Source of the DNA: an uncultured Opitutales bacterium
GTDB lineage: Bacteria; Verrucomicrobiota; Verrucomicrobiia; Opitutales; UBA9783
Assembly: GCA_934691225.1 (NCBI GenBank)
Contig: CAKUSQ010000001.1
Span: 122,801 to 154,800 of the forward strand
Length of the DNA stretch: 32,000 nt
Reading direction: 5' to 3'
The notes below the pieces were generated by a model. The model was given only the letters and a program-made list of their open reading frames with translations, ran no database searches and was not told the origin of the DNA. Below are positions 17,181-26,366 of the stretch, piece after piece. Within the stretch, counting starts at the first letter, position 1, and each line of letters starts with the position of its first letter. A program made the position numbers and the translations under genes.

Positions 17181-17257
17181 TGGTAGACGGTGTAGGACTC
17201 GAACCTACGACCCACTGGGTGTAAACCAGTAGCTCTAACCAACTGAGCTAACCGTCC
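17181..17257 (-). tRNA. tRNA-Val (anticodon UAC), CCA encoded
   Basis: Reverse complement GGACGGTTAGCTCAGTTGGTTAGAGCTACTGGTTTACACCCAGTGGGTCGTAGGTTCGAGTCCTACACCGTCTACCA folds into a canonical cloverleaf with anticodon loop TTTACAC. Confidence 0.92.
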
Positions 17258-17368
17258 AAAACTTTTCTAAAATTAGTAAAGCACTTTTTCTTTAAACTAT
17301 GCAAGCACTTTTTTTAATTTTATCAAAAATCTTGCAAAATACACCATCATAACAGTTTTCTCCTTCCA

Positions 17369-18631
17369 TCAATGCCTTCTTTGGTTTTGCTTAGATGCTA
17401 TTGTCTGTCGAGGAGAAATGTATAATGTACCATCTTCATACTGCGTTACATACCCTTGCCTTACCAATAAAATAAGATTCTGTTTAAATCTGGCAATCTG
17501 TTCAAACTCAACTTGTTGATCTATAGAAATATTGGACTGCACACAAAAATAAACCTTAAGAATGTTATCCAAAGATGCGCAAGGATGCGCTTCAATACAG
17601 TCGATGATCGATAATAATTCAGGGGAAAAACAAGTATTTTCATCTCGAATATTACGTTTCACTGAACATACATAGGTTACACCTTTCGTGTCATTACCTT
17701 TACGATAAATGTGAAAACCAACCCGATGCAATCTTGTACGACAAAAATTAGTCAACCTTATAGGAAGTCGCATCTCTATACGCCCTTCGCTCTCTAAAAA
17801 CAAACGTAAATCCTCATCCACCACATTGTGTACTTGGTCGTAAGACAAACACAATTGCTTTAACCTCATAATAGATTCTTGCTTTGGCAAATGCTGCAAA
17901 AGATAAGCTTTAGCTAAACGACTATTATCAAAACAAATACTTGGATCTTCCTTGAGATAATAATGATAATTATACGTCATTTTTTTCATCCATTGCTGAA
18001 CATCCTTTTCATCGTGCGTATTTCTTATACTTGCTAAAAATTCATCCCATGTACAACGATTTTTGAGCTGATCTTCATAATGTTCACGCAACAAATCACT
18101 GTACAAATGATAATTTGGAGGACCTAATAAAACCCCTGTCATTCCACAAAAATTAACTGAGGTAAAAACACCCTGTGGCGGCTCTAAATGAACCTCACGA
18201 CTCTCAAAAACTTCATTCCAATATTTTTTAACTAAGTAATCTTGAGCGGCTCCTAAGGTTAAAAAAGGCAACTTACTAGGACGTAAACAAAAAACAGAAT
18301 GCCCTTCTAACGCGTGTATAATAATGTTAAAGCGATTTTCTTTTTCTAAAAACAACCTAACCAAAGGTATAAATTGATAAGTTATATAACTTTTCCTTAA
18401 AGTTTGAATTAAGGTATTCATAGCCAAAAGATTTGGCCGAAAATCTACTTTTATACGTTCTCTACACCTAGATAATAATTGCCTGTAAAAATGTACATCC
18501 TTTTGTGCTGAATTATCTTGCTCTTTTTTTACAACCTGATTATTTGATTTTGTGTCATACTGTTTTTCTGTCCACGTGGGCCCTAATGAAAGAGCCTGCA
18601 ATTGCTGCAGAATAGTTTCTTGCGATTCCAA
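17369..18631 (-). CDS. Hypothetical protein (420 aa), no recognisable domain
   Basis: Long uninterrupted ORF in a genome with dense stops. Only a TTG start is available near the 5' end (in-frame stop at 18656-18658; first ATG is codon 71), so the start is uncertain. No TM or signal peptide. Confidence 0.55.
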   Translation of the reverse strand: MESQETILQQLQALSLGPTWTEKQYDTKSNNQVVKKEQDNSAQKDVHFYRQLLSRCRERIKVDFRPNLLAMNTLIQTLRKSYITYQFIPLVRLFLEKENRFNIIIHALEGHSVFCLRPSKLPFLTLGAAQDYLVKKYWNEVFESREVHLEPPQGVFTSVNFCGMTGVLLGPPNYHLYSDLLREHYEDQLKNRCTWDEFLASIRNTHDEKDVQQWMKKMTYNYHYYLKEDPSICFDNSRLAKAYLLQHLPKQESIMRLKQLCLSYDQVHNVVDEDLRLFLESEGRIEMRLPIRLTNFCRTRLHRVGFHIYRKGNDTKGVTYVCSVKRNIRDENTCFSPELLSIIDCIEAHPCASLDNILKVYFCVQSNISIDQQVEFEQIARFKQNLILLVRQGYVTQYEDGTLYISPRQTIASKQNQRRH

Positions 18632-18715
18632 TGATAATATGAATTTAATTTCACTTTACTACATAACACGTTTTAGTAAAATTATTCCTATTTGTGAAGT
18701 AAATTTTTTAATTTT

Positions 18716-19222
18716 ATGCAAAATCTTAATTTTTTATCTCAAACCCCCAATATTGGAACAAGTACACGTGTGGCTCAACAAGCAATTATTTTCGGTGATG
18801 TTACATTAGGCGAACAATGCAGCGTATGGCCTTATGCGGTCGTACGCGGCGATGTCAATACTATCGTCATTGGCAATGGAACTAATCTGCAAGAAAATGT
18901 TGTTGTGCACGTTAGTCATAACGCAAACGTAATTCTAAAAAATTACATCACTGTAGGACACGGCGCTATTATCCATGGCTGTCACATCGATGATCACTGT
19001 CTTATTGGTATGAACGCAACTGTATTAGATGGTGCAAAAATAGGACATCATTGCATTATTGGAGCTAATGCCCTCATTCCTCAAAACAAAGAAATTCCCC
19101 CCTACTCCTTAGTATTAGGAACACCAGGGAAAATTGTACGTACATTATCGAACGAAGATATTGAACTTATACATAATAGTGCGCAGGTGTACATCGACGC
19201 CCTAGAACACTTTCCTTTCTAA
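18716..19222 (+). CDS. Gamma-carbonic anhydrase family / left-handed beta-helix (hexapeptide repeat) protein
   Basis: VAQQAIIFGDVTLGEQCSVWPYAVVRGDVNTIVIGNGTNLQEN.VVH, then GHGAIIHGCHIDDHCLIGMNATV.. hexapeptide turns. YrdA/PaaY-like length of 168 aa. Confidence 0.82.
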   Translation: MQNLNFLSQTPNIGTSTRVAQQAIIFGDVTLGEQCSVWPYAVVRGDVNTIVIGNGTNLQENVVVHVSHNANVILKNYITVGHGAIIHGCHIDDHCLIGMNATVLDGAKIGHHCIIGANALIPQNKEIPPYSLVLGTPGKIVRTLSNEDIELIHNSAQVYIDALEHFPF

Positions 19223-19247
19223 ATTAAAAGAGGAGAAAGTACTAAAA

Positions 19248-19288
19248 AACCTCTTTACTAACAATAAGCTATAAAGAGGTTTTGTTTA
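19248..19288. terminator. Bidirectional intrinsic terminator between convergent genes
   Basis: 10-bp stem aacctcttta (19248-19257) / taaagaggtt (19272-19281). Followed by TTGTTT on the plus strand and by TTTTT on the minus strand. A third arm, aaagagg, lies at ~19227-19233. Confidence 0.7.
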
Positions 19289-19318
19289 TAAAACACAACG
19301 AATACTTTTAAATAAAAA

Positions 19319-19552
19319 CTATTCACCATCTTGTCCAATCGCATCCACTGGACAACTTTCTAAAGCTTCAACACAAAGTTCTACTTCCTTTTCTGATGTC
19401 GGTTGCTTCTTAACAAAAGAATTGCCGCTCTCTTCTAAATTTCCAAAAAAATCAGGAGCTATTTCTCGGCAAAGCCCACAAGCAATGCATTGATCATCCA
19501 CATAAAACTTACCTCTTACATTCTCAGGAACTTTATTTTCTTTTACTGCCAT
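19319..19552 (-). CDS. Small ferredoxin (single Fe-S cluster type)
   Basis: KFYVDDQCIACGLCREIAPDFF ... CVEALESCPVDAI. The ORF-track start at 19576 is a TTG; the ATG at 19552 (MAVKENK...) is preferred. Confidence 0.8.
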   Translation of the reverse strand: MAVKENKVPENVRGKFYVDDQCIACGLCREIAPDFFGNLEESGNSFVKKQPTSEKEVELCVEALESCPVDAIGQDGE

Positions 19553-19712
19553 GATTAAGTAATTTATAAATAACAAATAGTTAAGTCAAGCTCATTCATT
19601 ACAAGCTTAAACCAAACTTACACTATACTTTACAACTTCTGTTTAATAGAAATTGGGGTTCCTACAAAAACTTCTTTTCTTTTTTTAAAACTTTATATAA
19701 AATAAAATAATT

Positions 19713-21059
19713 ATGGTCCTTCGAATGGAACAGTCACAAGCGCAAACGCAAGTTTTAGCGCCACATCTTAGGCAGTCTTTAAAAATTCTGCAAGCATCTG
19801 CTTTAGATTTGCGAACTGTTATTCAAGAAGAACTTCAAATTAATCCGACACTTGAAGAAATCCCTCCAGAATCTCTCAGTCTTGATAATTCCGTTAAAGA
19901 TTACGATAGCTACTCTAGCGCAACCAAAATTAACCCCAATAATGCTTCTAAAAAACATGCATTTTTAATGGAAAATCTAACTTCTGATGTTTCTTTGCAA
20001 GACCACTTGCTGGAACAATTAGGATGCTTAGAACTACCCGATAAAATGCATCAAACAGTTGCATTTATCATCGGGTGCCTTAACGACAAAGGTTTTTTAG
20101 ATTTATCCGTCGAAGACATCATTTTACAAACGGGGACTAATCACAAAACAATTAAAGAAGCAATCGATATTGTTCAACAATTTGACCCTATTGGTGTTGG
20201 CTGCAAAAATGTTACCGAAAGCCTACTCCTTCAACTAAAATATCAACACAAAGAATCATCTCTCGCAAACCAAATTCTAACTCACTGCTATCCTTTACTT
20301 TTACGCAATAAAATCATTGATATTGCTAGAACATTGTCTGTATCAACGGAAGCTGTTCAAAACGCCATTCAGCAAGACATTGCTCCTTTAGACCCCACAC
20401 CTGGCCGAAGATTTCAAACGACCCCATCGCAAGGTATCATTCCCGATGTTCGCGTATACAAAAATACTTTAAACGAATGGGTAGTAGAATTAAATAATCA
20501 ATACATCCCTAAAATTCAGATTGGGTCTCTATATAAAAATTTATTAACGCAAAATATAAAGACAGAAGACCGAAATTATCTTCGTCTCAAAATGCGTTCA
20601 GGTAGATTTCTGATAAATTCGATACTGCAACGCCAAAAAACGATTGAACAAATTGCATATGCATTATTAAATAGGCAATTCGATTTTTTTGAACAAGGTC
20701 CTCAGTATTTAAAACCCCTTACTTTGCAAATTTTAGCAGAAGATCTTCAAATTCACGAAACGACAGTCAGTCGTGCAACCGCCAATAAATACGTAGATAC
20801 CCCTTTTGGAATCTTTAGTTTCAAATATTTTTTTACAAAAGGATTGAATTCTTATTCTGGAGAATGTATATCTAATTCTATTATAAAACAACAAATTCAA
20901 AAGATCATTGAAGTTGAAGACAAACGAAAACCTCTCAGCGATCAGAAAATTGTTGCGATATTAACCAAAAACAACGTTCAGATTGCCCGACGAACGATCG
21001 CAAAATACCGCGAATTGTTAGGCATTCCTGCAACAAGTTTGCGTCGAAAATATGATTAG
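19713..21059 (+). CDS. rpoN: RNA polymerase sigma-54 factor
   Basis: Region I Q/L-rich (QTQVLAPHLRQSLKILQAS), core-binding region, HTH (LTLQILAEDLQIHETTVSRA) and RpoN box (ARRTIAKYRELLGIP). The true start may be the second ATG at 19725. Confidence 0.92.
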   Translation: MVLRMEQSQAQTQVLAPHLRQSLKILQASALDLRTVIQEELQINPTLEEIPPESLSLDNSVKDYDSYSSATKINPNNASKKHAFLMENLTSDVSLQDHLLEQLGCLELPDKMHQTVAFIIGCLNDKGFLDLSVEDIILQTGTNHKTIKEAIDIVQQFDPIGVGCKNVTESLLLQLKYQHKESSLANQILTHCYPLLLRNKIIDIARTLSVSTEAVQNAIQQDIAPLDPTPGRRFQTTPSQGIIPDVRVYKNTLNEWVVELNNQYIPKIQIGSLYKNLLTQNIKTEDRNYLRLKMRSGRFLINSILQRQKTIEQIAYALLNRQFDFFEQGPQYLKPLTLQILAEDLQIHETTVSRATANKYVDTPFGIFSFKYFFTKGLNSYSGECISNSIIKQQIQKIIEVEDKRKPLSDQKIVAILTKNNVQIARRTIAKYRELLGIPATSLRRKYD

Positions 21060-21061
21060 AT

Positions 21062-22261
21062 ATGAACTTACACGAATATCAAGCAAAATCTTTACTCGAG
21101 CATCATAATATTCCTGTTCCATCAGGTATTTGCATTGAAGAGAACACATCCACATCGATCGAACATGTACAACAATATTTTAAAAATCATACTAAAGTAG
21201 CTGTTAAAGCACAAATTCATGCGGGTGGTCGCGGTAAGGGAATTTTTAAAGAAAATGGTGCACATGGAGTTCAAGTTGTTACGATAAAAGAAATACCTAA
21301 TGCCATTCATTCCATGTTTCATAACACCTTAGTAACGCGTCAAACAGGTGATGAAGGTAAACAAGTTCGAAAAATTTACGTAACTGAAGCTATTCAAGTG
21401 CTTCAAGAGTTTTATGTATCTATTTTAATTGATAGAACACATCAGTGCCCTGTATTGATCGCATCCTCTCAAGGAGGTGGTAATATCGAGGAAATTGCAC
21501 AAACCCATCCTCAAAGTATTTTAAAATTACCAATCGATCCATTGCTAGGACTTCGGTCGTACCAAGCACGAAAGGTTGCCTATTTGTTTCAATTATCTGG
21601 AAATGCATTCCAATCCTGCATTAAAATTCTAATGGATCTATACCAAGCATTTGTCAGCCTAGATGCTTTACTCATAGAAATTAATCCATTAGCACTCACA
21701 CAGGATGGTCGCCTTCTTGCTCTAGATGCAAAAATCCAACTCGATGATAATGCTTTAGTTCGTCATCCTGAATATGCTACCTTAGAAGATCCATACGAAA
21801 AGGATCCTAAAGAAATTGAAGCCACAAAGGCAAAACTAAATTACATTGCCCTTAAAGGAAACATTGCCTGTCTAGTTAATGGTGCCGGATTAGCTATGGC
21901 AACCATGGATATCATTAAGCATTATGGTGGAACACCCGCCAATTTTTTGGATGTAGGTGGAGGAGCCCAACAAGAACAAATTGAGGCTGCTTTTCGAATT
22001 ATTTTAAAAGATCCTCATGTTAAAGGTATTTTCATCAATATTTTTGGAGGAATCCTAAAATGTGATATGTTAGCGCAAGGCATCGTTAATGCAGCTCATT
22101 CCGTTCAACTAAAATTGCCACTAGTGATTCGCATGAAAGGCACACAAGTTGAAGCTGCAAAAAAGATTTTACAGGATAGCCATCTGCCACTTATTCCGAT
22201 AGATGATCTAGCGCAAGCAGCTCAAACCATCGTTAATCACGTCAAAACATCCTCATTATGA
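21062..22261 (+). CDS. sucC: Succinate--CoA ligase (ADP-forming) beta subunit
   Basis: [12 protein letters not shown]..., ATP-grasp region, and [30 protein letters not shown]. Starts 2 nt after the rpoN stop. Confidence 0.93.
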   Translation: MNLHEYQAKSLLEHHNIPVPSGICIEENTSTSIEHVQQYFKNHTKVAVKAQIHAGGRGKGIFKENGAHGVQVVTIKEIPNAIHSMFHNTLVTRQTGDEGKQVRKIYVTEAIQVLQEFYVSILIDRTHQCPVLIASSQGGGNIEEIAQTHPQSILKLPIDPLLGLRSYQARKVAYLFQLSGNAFQSCIKILMDLYQAFVSLDALLIEINPLALTQDGRLLALDAKIQLDDNALVRHPEYATLEDPYEKDPKEIEATKAKLNYIALKGNIACLVNGAGLAMATMDIIKHYGGTPANFLDVGGGAQQEQIEAAFRIILKDPHVKGIFINIFGGILKCDMLAQGIVNAAHSVQLKLPLVIRMKGTQVEAAKKILQDSHLPLIPIDDLAQAAQTIVNHVKTSSL

Positions 22262-23136
22262 GCATTTTTATCGATTCAAACACACGCATTTTAATCCAAG
22301 GAATAACGGGAAAAACAGGATTGTTCCATTCAAAACAATGCCTGGATTACGGAAGCAACATCGTTGCGGGTGTAACCCCTGGGAAAGGTGGTCAGAAAGT
22401 GCATGGTTGCATTCCTGTATTTAATTCCGTTGCTGAAGCCTGCGATGCTACACATCCCAATGCTTCCATGATTCTTGTTCCACCAACTTTAGCTGCAGAT
22501 TCCATTTTAGAAGCTATCGATGCAGAAATTCCTCTTGTTGTATGTATCACAGAAGGGATTCCTGTGCACGATATGATTCTTGTTCGTAGAAAACTTATGG
22601 GCAACAAAACACGCCTTATTGGTCCCAATTCTCCAGGATTAATGTCACCAGGAAAATGTAAAATGGGCATTATGCCAGCAGCTATTCATAAAGAAGGTTC
22701 GATTGGTATCGTTTCACGTTCTGGAACGCTCACCTATGAAGCTGTTTGGCAACTAACTGAAAAAAGATACGGTCAATCTACAACCGTAGGCATTGGTGGA
22801 GATCCCATTATTGGTACCACTTATATCGATGTACTTAAAGCTTTTAATGAAGATCCTCAAACCGAAGGAATTATCCTTATCGGAGAAATCGGTGGATCTG
22901 CTGAAGAATTAGCCGCTGACTACATTCGCCAATTCATAAAAAAACCCGTAGCGGCATTCATTGGTGGTTGCTCTGCTCCATCAGGAAAACGTATGGGACA
23001 TGCAGGTGCTATTGTTTCTGGATCTACAGGAACAGCTGCTTCAAAGATACAAGCGCTTCAAAAAGCAGGTGCAGAAATAGCTCAACATCCTGCCGATATT
23101 GGTTCAGCTATGATACGTGCATTAAAACGAGCATAA
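22258..23136 (+). CDS. sucD: Succinate--CoA ligase alpha subunit
   Basis: [11 protein letters not shown] and SRSGTLTYE motifs, and the phosphohistidine loop [17 protein letters not shown] overlap with sucC. Confidence 0.94.
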   Translation: MSIFIDSNTRILIQGITGKTGLFHSKQCLDYGSNIVAGVTPGKGGQKVHGCIPVFNSVAEACDATHPNASMILVPPTLAADSILEAIDAEIPLVVCITEGIPVHDMILVRRKLMGNKTRLIGPNSPGLMSPGKCKMGIMPAAIHKEGSIGIVSRSGTLTYEAVWQLTEKRYGQSTTVGIGGDPIIGTTYIDVLKAFNEDPQTEGIILIGEIGGSAEELAADYIRQFIKKPVAAFIGGCSAPSGKRMGHAGAIVSGSTGTAASKIQALQKAGAEIAQHPADIGSAMIRALKRA

Positions 23137-23141
23137 ATACT

Positions 23142-23163
23142 CAGGAAAGTTTTACCTTTCCTG
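23142..23163. terminator. Hairpin between convergent sucD and the methyltransferase gene (possible terminator)
   Basis: 8-bp stem caggaaag / ctttcctg with a 6-nt loop. The U tracts are weak on both strands. Confidence 0.4.
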
Positions 23164-23181
23164 AAATCCATTAAATTTACT

Positions 23182-24441
23182 TTATGCATTGCGTTTTAAA
23201 CAAAACGCACCTCCACCGTCATGTCCATCCACCCAAGGTAAACTCATATGTGACGCTTCTAAAGAAAAATTCGAATTTTCTCGCAAAAAACGATCTACAA
23301 CCTCTTGATTTTCATCCACATCGATGGAGCATGTGCTATAGACCAATAATCCACTCGTACCTACAAAACGACTTGCTTTGCAAAGCAACTCGTACTGAAA
23401 TTTCGGCAAACTAATAAAATCCTCAGGCCGCAATCGATAAACAACATCGGGCTTACGGCGAATAACGCCCGTATTAGAACATGGAACATCGATCAAAACA
23501 CGTTCGTATAACTTTGGTAAATGCATTTCTTCAAAAACATGTTCTGTTAAATTCAAAATATCTTGCTCGACAACATGTACGTTTGAGTAATTAGCAACAT
23601 TATCATACAAACGTTTTGTATGCTTAGGTAAATCCACCGAAACAACTTTAAAAGGAGCTTTAACCTTTTTAGCTAACTGAACTGTTTTTCCACCCGGAGC
23701 TGAACATAAATCCAAAACATTTTGTTCACTTCCAACATTTAACAATTCTACTGGAATTCGTGTCATCGGATCTTGAATGTAAATTTTACCTTGTTTTATC
23801 AAAGCAAAAATATTCTTCCAAATACCTGCGTCTTTAACAGTATAAAAATGAGGCCATCGCGTTTCTTCCATACCTTCCATTACAAAATTTGAATGCACAT
23901 ATGTGGTAGAAAGGCCTTCATTCCACTTTAAAAATTCTAACAAAACTTTTTGTCCATAAACTGAACTATATCGTTCAATAAGCCACTCAGGCGTGCTGTA
24001 ACGCACTGATAATGGCAACAGATCTAACGTTTTAAATTCTGGTAATATTTTTCTTAAAACAGCATTTATAAACTTACATTCTGGTAACGAAAATATTTGC
24101 TTAGATCTACTTATCCAGCCATTCACCAATGGAGCCATTGATTTACTTTTATCACTTGTTGATAAATAAAATTGCAACAAACGTCCTAGTACTAATTTAA
24201 GAAAGCACTTTAACGTCAACTTAGGACTGTAACGCAAACATTTTTTCAAGAAATATTCTATTAAATCATTGCGTTTAACCACATTCAACACATAAGCTCG
24301 ACTAACAACATACATAGGATCTTTTTGAAACAATGCGCTTAAATAATAATTTAATTTTTGGTTAGCCGTTTCCAATTCTGTCAAAACAGACAAAGCTTGT
24401 TGCCAGGGTTGTTGATTTGTTAATAAAAATTTTTTACTCAT
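23182..24441 (-). CDS. rRNA (cytosine-C5)-methyltransferase, RsmB/RsmF/NOP2-Sun family
   Basis: SAM motif LDLCSAPGGKT, catalytic motif IV LIDVPCSNTGVIRRKPD, and motif VI LVYSTCSI..ENQ. Confidence 0.8.
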   Translation of the reverse strand: MSKKFLLTNQQPWQQALSVLTELETANQKLNYYLSALFQKDPMYVVSRAYVLNVVKRNDLIEYFLKKCLRYSPKLTLKCFLKLVLGRLLQFYLSTSDKSKSMAPLVNGWISRSKQIFSLPECKFINAVLRKILPEFKTLDLLPLSVRYSTPEWLIERYSSVYGQKVLLEFLKWNEGLSTTYVHSNFVMEGMEETRWPHFYTVKDAGIWKNIFALIKQGKIYIQDPMTRIPVELLNVGSEQNVLDLCSAPGGKTVQLAKKVKAPFKVVSVDLPKHTKRLYDNVANYSNVHVVEQDILNLTEHVFEEMHLPKLYERVLIDVPCSNTGVIRRKPDVVYRLRPEDFISLPKFQYELLCKASRFVGTSGLLVYSTCSIDVDENQEVVDRFLRENSNFSLEASHMSLPWVDGHDGGGAFCLKRNA

Positions 24442-24510
24442 TCTTACGATCTTTCTTTCTAAAGGCTTGCTTTTTATTTTTAAAGTGCATAATTTGTTTT
24501 ATTATAAACC

Positions 24511-26364
24511 ATGAATAAAGAAGCAATCGATCTAATTCTGGAACAGAATCCTCAATTAAAAGGTAAACGTCAAGCTTTTGAAGCGTTAAAACCAGGAGCT
24601 TATTGTTGGCATCATAGTTGGGGGGTAGGTTGCATTCAAGAAGAAGACGAAACTAATCATCGCATTATTATAAAATTTGAATCACAAGCAGAATCAAGAT
24701 CTATGGATCCTGCTTTTTGTATTCAAAAACTCGAGATTATTCCTGAAAACCACATTTTGGTTGAAGCACGCCATCATCCCGAGGTTATTCAGGATATGCA
24801 AAAAAATAATCCATGCGAATTAGTTATAAAAGTTCTCAATAGCACACCTTCACACAGCCTAAGCAGTTTAGAATTAGAAAACATTTTAAATCATGTCCTT
24901 TCAAACTTACTAACCATAACCCAGTTTAAGCGTTGGTGGAGTTTGCTTCAAAAAGCCATGATCAAAGATCCTCGTATCAGCACACCTAAGCGCAAAACAG
25001 ATCTTTATCAGTTGCGTGAAGAACCTATTTTGCCTGAACAAGAAATTTTGGAAGAATTTTATTTAACGCGAAGACCTTTAGAAAAAATTTCCTTGGGAGC
25101 AAAATTGTATCAACTAGCTGATAGTATTGATGCAATTAGAAATGATTTACCTCAGGTTTTAGAAGAATTAACGCGCGCCATTAAAAATGCTAAACAACTT
25201 TCGCAAGCACAACGATTAGAAGGTTGTTGGGTACGAAATAATTTAGCTCGTTACCTCCACGAAAATGTTGAAGAATTAGAACCAACATCTCAGTCAATCA
25301 TTCGAGAAAGCGACGATTTATCACGTTTAGCAGAAGATTTACCACACGTATACTACCCTCGCTTTTTGGATCTTTTAACACGAACTTATACAGAACCGAA
25401 TGAGTGGCAGCACATTATCTTAAATTTGCTAAAACATAGTAATGCACGTTTAACCGCTGAATGCATTAACTTTCTAATCGACCATGATTGTGAACAGCGA
25501 CTAAAAGCCGTTTTGAGCAAATGGCTTCAAGAACAAAGCCTACGCAGTTCTGTCATTAGTTGGATTATTAAACATCGCAATCTTCCGCGTTATGCTTCCC
25601 TATTGTCAGATCTTTTAGGTGTTCGTTTATTAAATTGTATCTTTCAGGCAATAGACAGTGATGCACTTAATGTAGCACCTGGACGACGAATTGCGCTCGT
25701 TGAAGAAGTTAATAATGATACAACCTTAATCGCAGATTTACTTAAAGATGCAACCTTAGATTTAGCGAGTGATTTAGCAAGAACACTGCTCATGAATCAA
25801 GGATTTGACACATTAAAGAAGCGTTCTTTGATGGCACGTTTCATTCGTGTATTCCCTGAATTACAACGCTTAATCGATACTAAAGATGCTGCAACCGAAG
25901 AAAGATTTTTAGTTTCTCAAGCGAGTTTGGATGCTGCCAAACAAGAATATTTATCGCTCATTAATGAAAAAATTCCTGCTAACAAAGCGGCTATCGCTGC
26001 TGCACGCGAATTAGGAGATTTGAGTGAAAATTCTGAATACAAAATGGCTCGTCAAGATCAAAGTGTCCTATTAGCTCGCAAATCAATGTTAGAAAGATCT
26101 TTGAATCGCGCGCAAGTAATAAACTTTGACGAAGTTTCAACCGATAAAGTTAATATTGGCACAAAAGTTGTACTGCAAGACGATAAAGGAAAGGAAACAA
26201 CTTACGCTATTTTAGGAGCTTGGGATAGTGATCCAAAAAAGAATGTTTTATCTTACCAAACCCCTCTTGCGAAAGAAATGTTGTACAAAACGCTCGGTTC
26301 CGTCATTACAATGCCTAATGGTCAAGTCTTAAAAATAACTGCCATTAGTCGCTGGGATCAGTAA
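24511..26364 (+). CDS. GreA/GreB-domain transcript-cleavage factor with ~460-aa N-terminal extension
   Basis: The C-terminal ~155 aa form a GreA fold: a coiled coil with the acidic tip ARELGDLSENSEYKMARQDQ, then an FKBP-like domain (VNIGTKVVLQDD..ETTYAILGAWDSDP..LSYQTPLAKEMLYK..G). The N-terminal region is not standard GreA. Confidence 0.8.
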   Translation: MNKEAIDLILEQNPQLKGKRQAFEALKPGAYCWHHSWGVGCIQEEDETNHRIIIKFESQAESRSMDPAFCIQKLEIIPENHILVEARHHPEVIQDMQKNNPCELVIKVLNSTPSHSLSSLELENILNHVLSNLLTITQFKRWWSLLQKAMIKDPRISTPKRKTDLYQLREEPILPEQEILEEFYLTRRPLEKISLGAKLYQLADSIDAIRNDLPQVLEELTRAIKNAKQLSQAQRLEGCWVRNNLARYLHENVEELEPTSQSIIRESDDLSRLAEDLPHVYYPRFLDLLTRTYTEPNEWQHIILNLLKHSNARLTAECINFLIDHDCEQRLKAVLSKWLQEQSLRSSVISWIIKHRNLPRYASLLSDLLGVRLLNCIFQAIDSDALNVAPGRRIALVEEVNNDTTLIADLLKDATLDLASDLARTLLMNQGFDTLKKRSLMARFIRVFPELQRLIDTKDAATEERFLVSQASLDAAKQEYLSLINEKIPANKAAIAAARELGDLSENSEYKMARQDQSVLLARKSMLERSLNRAQVINFDEVSTDKVNIGTKVVLQDDKGKETTYAILGAWDSDPKKNVLSYQTPLAKEMLYKTLGSVITMPNGQVLKITAISRWDQ

Positions 26365-26366
26365 TT

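Noticed and set aside
16960-17232. 90-aa ORF spanning the intergenic region and tRNA-Val
   Set aside because: It runs antisense through the tRNA-Val gene and the 5' end of the 563-aa gene, so it is not credible as a CDS.
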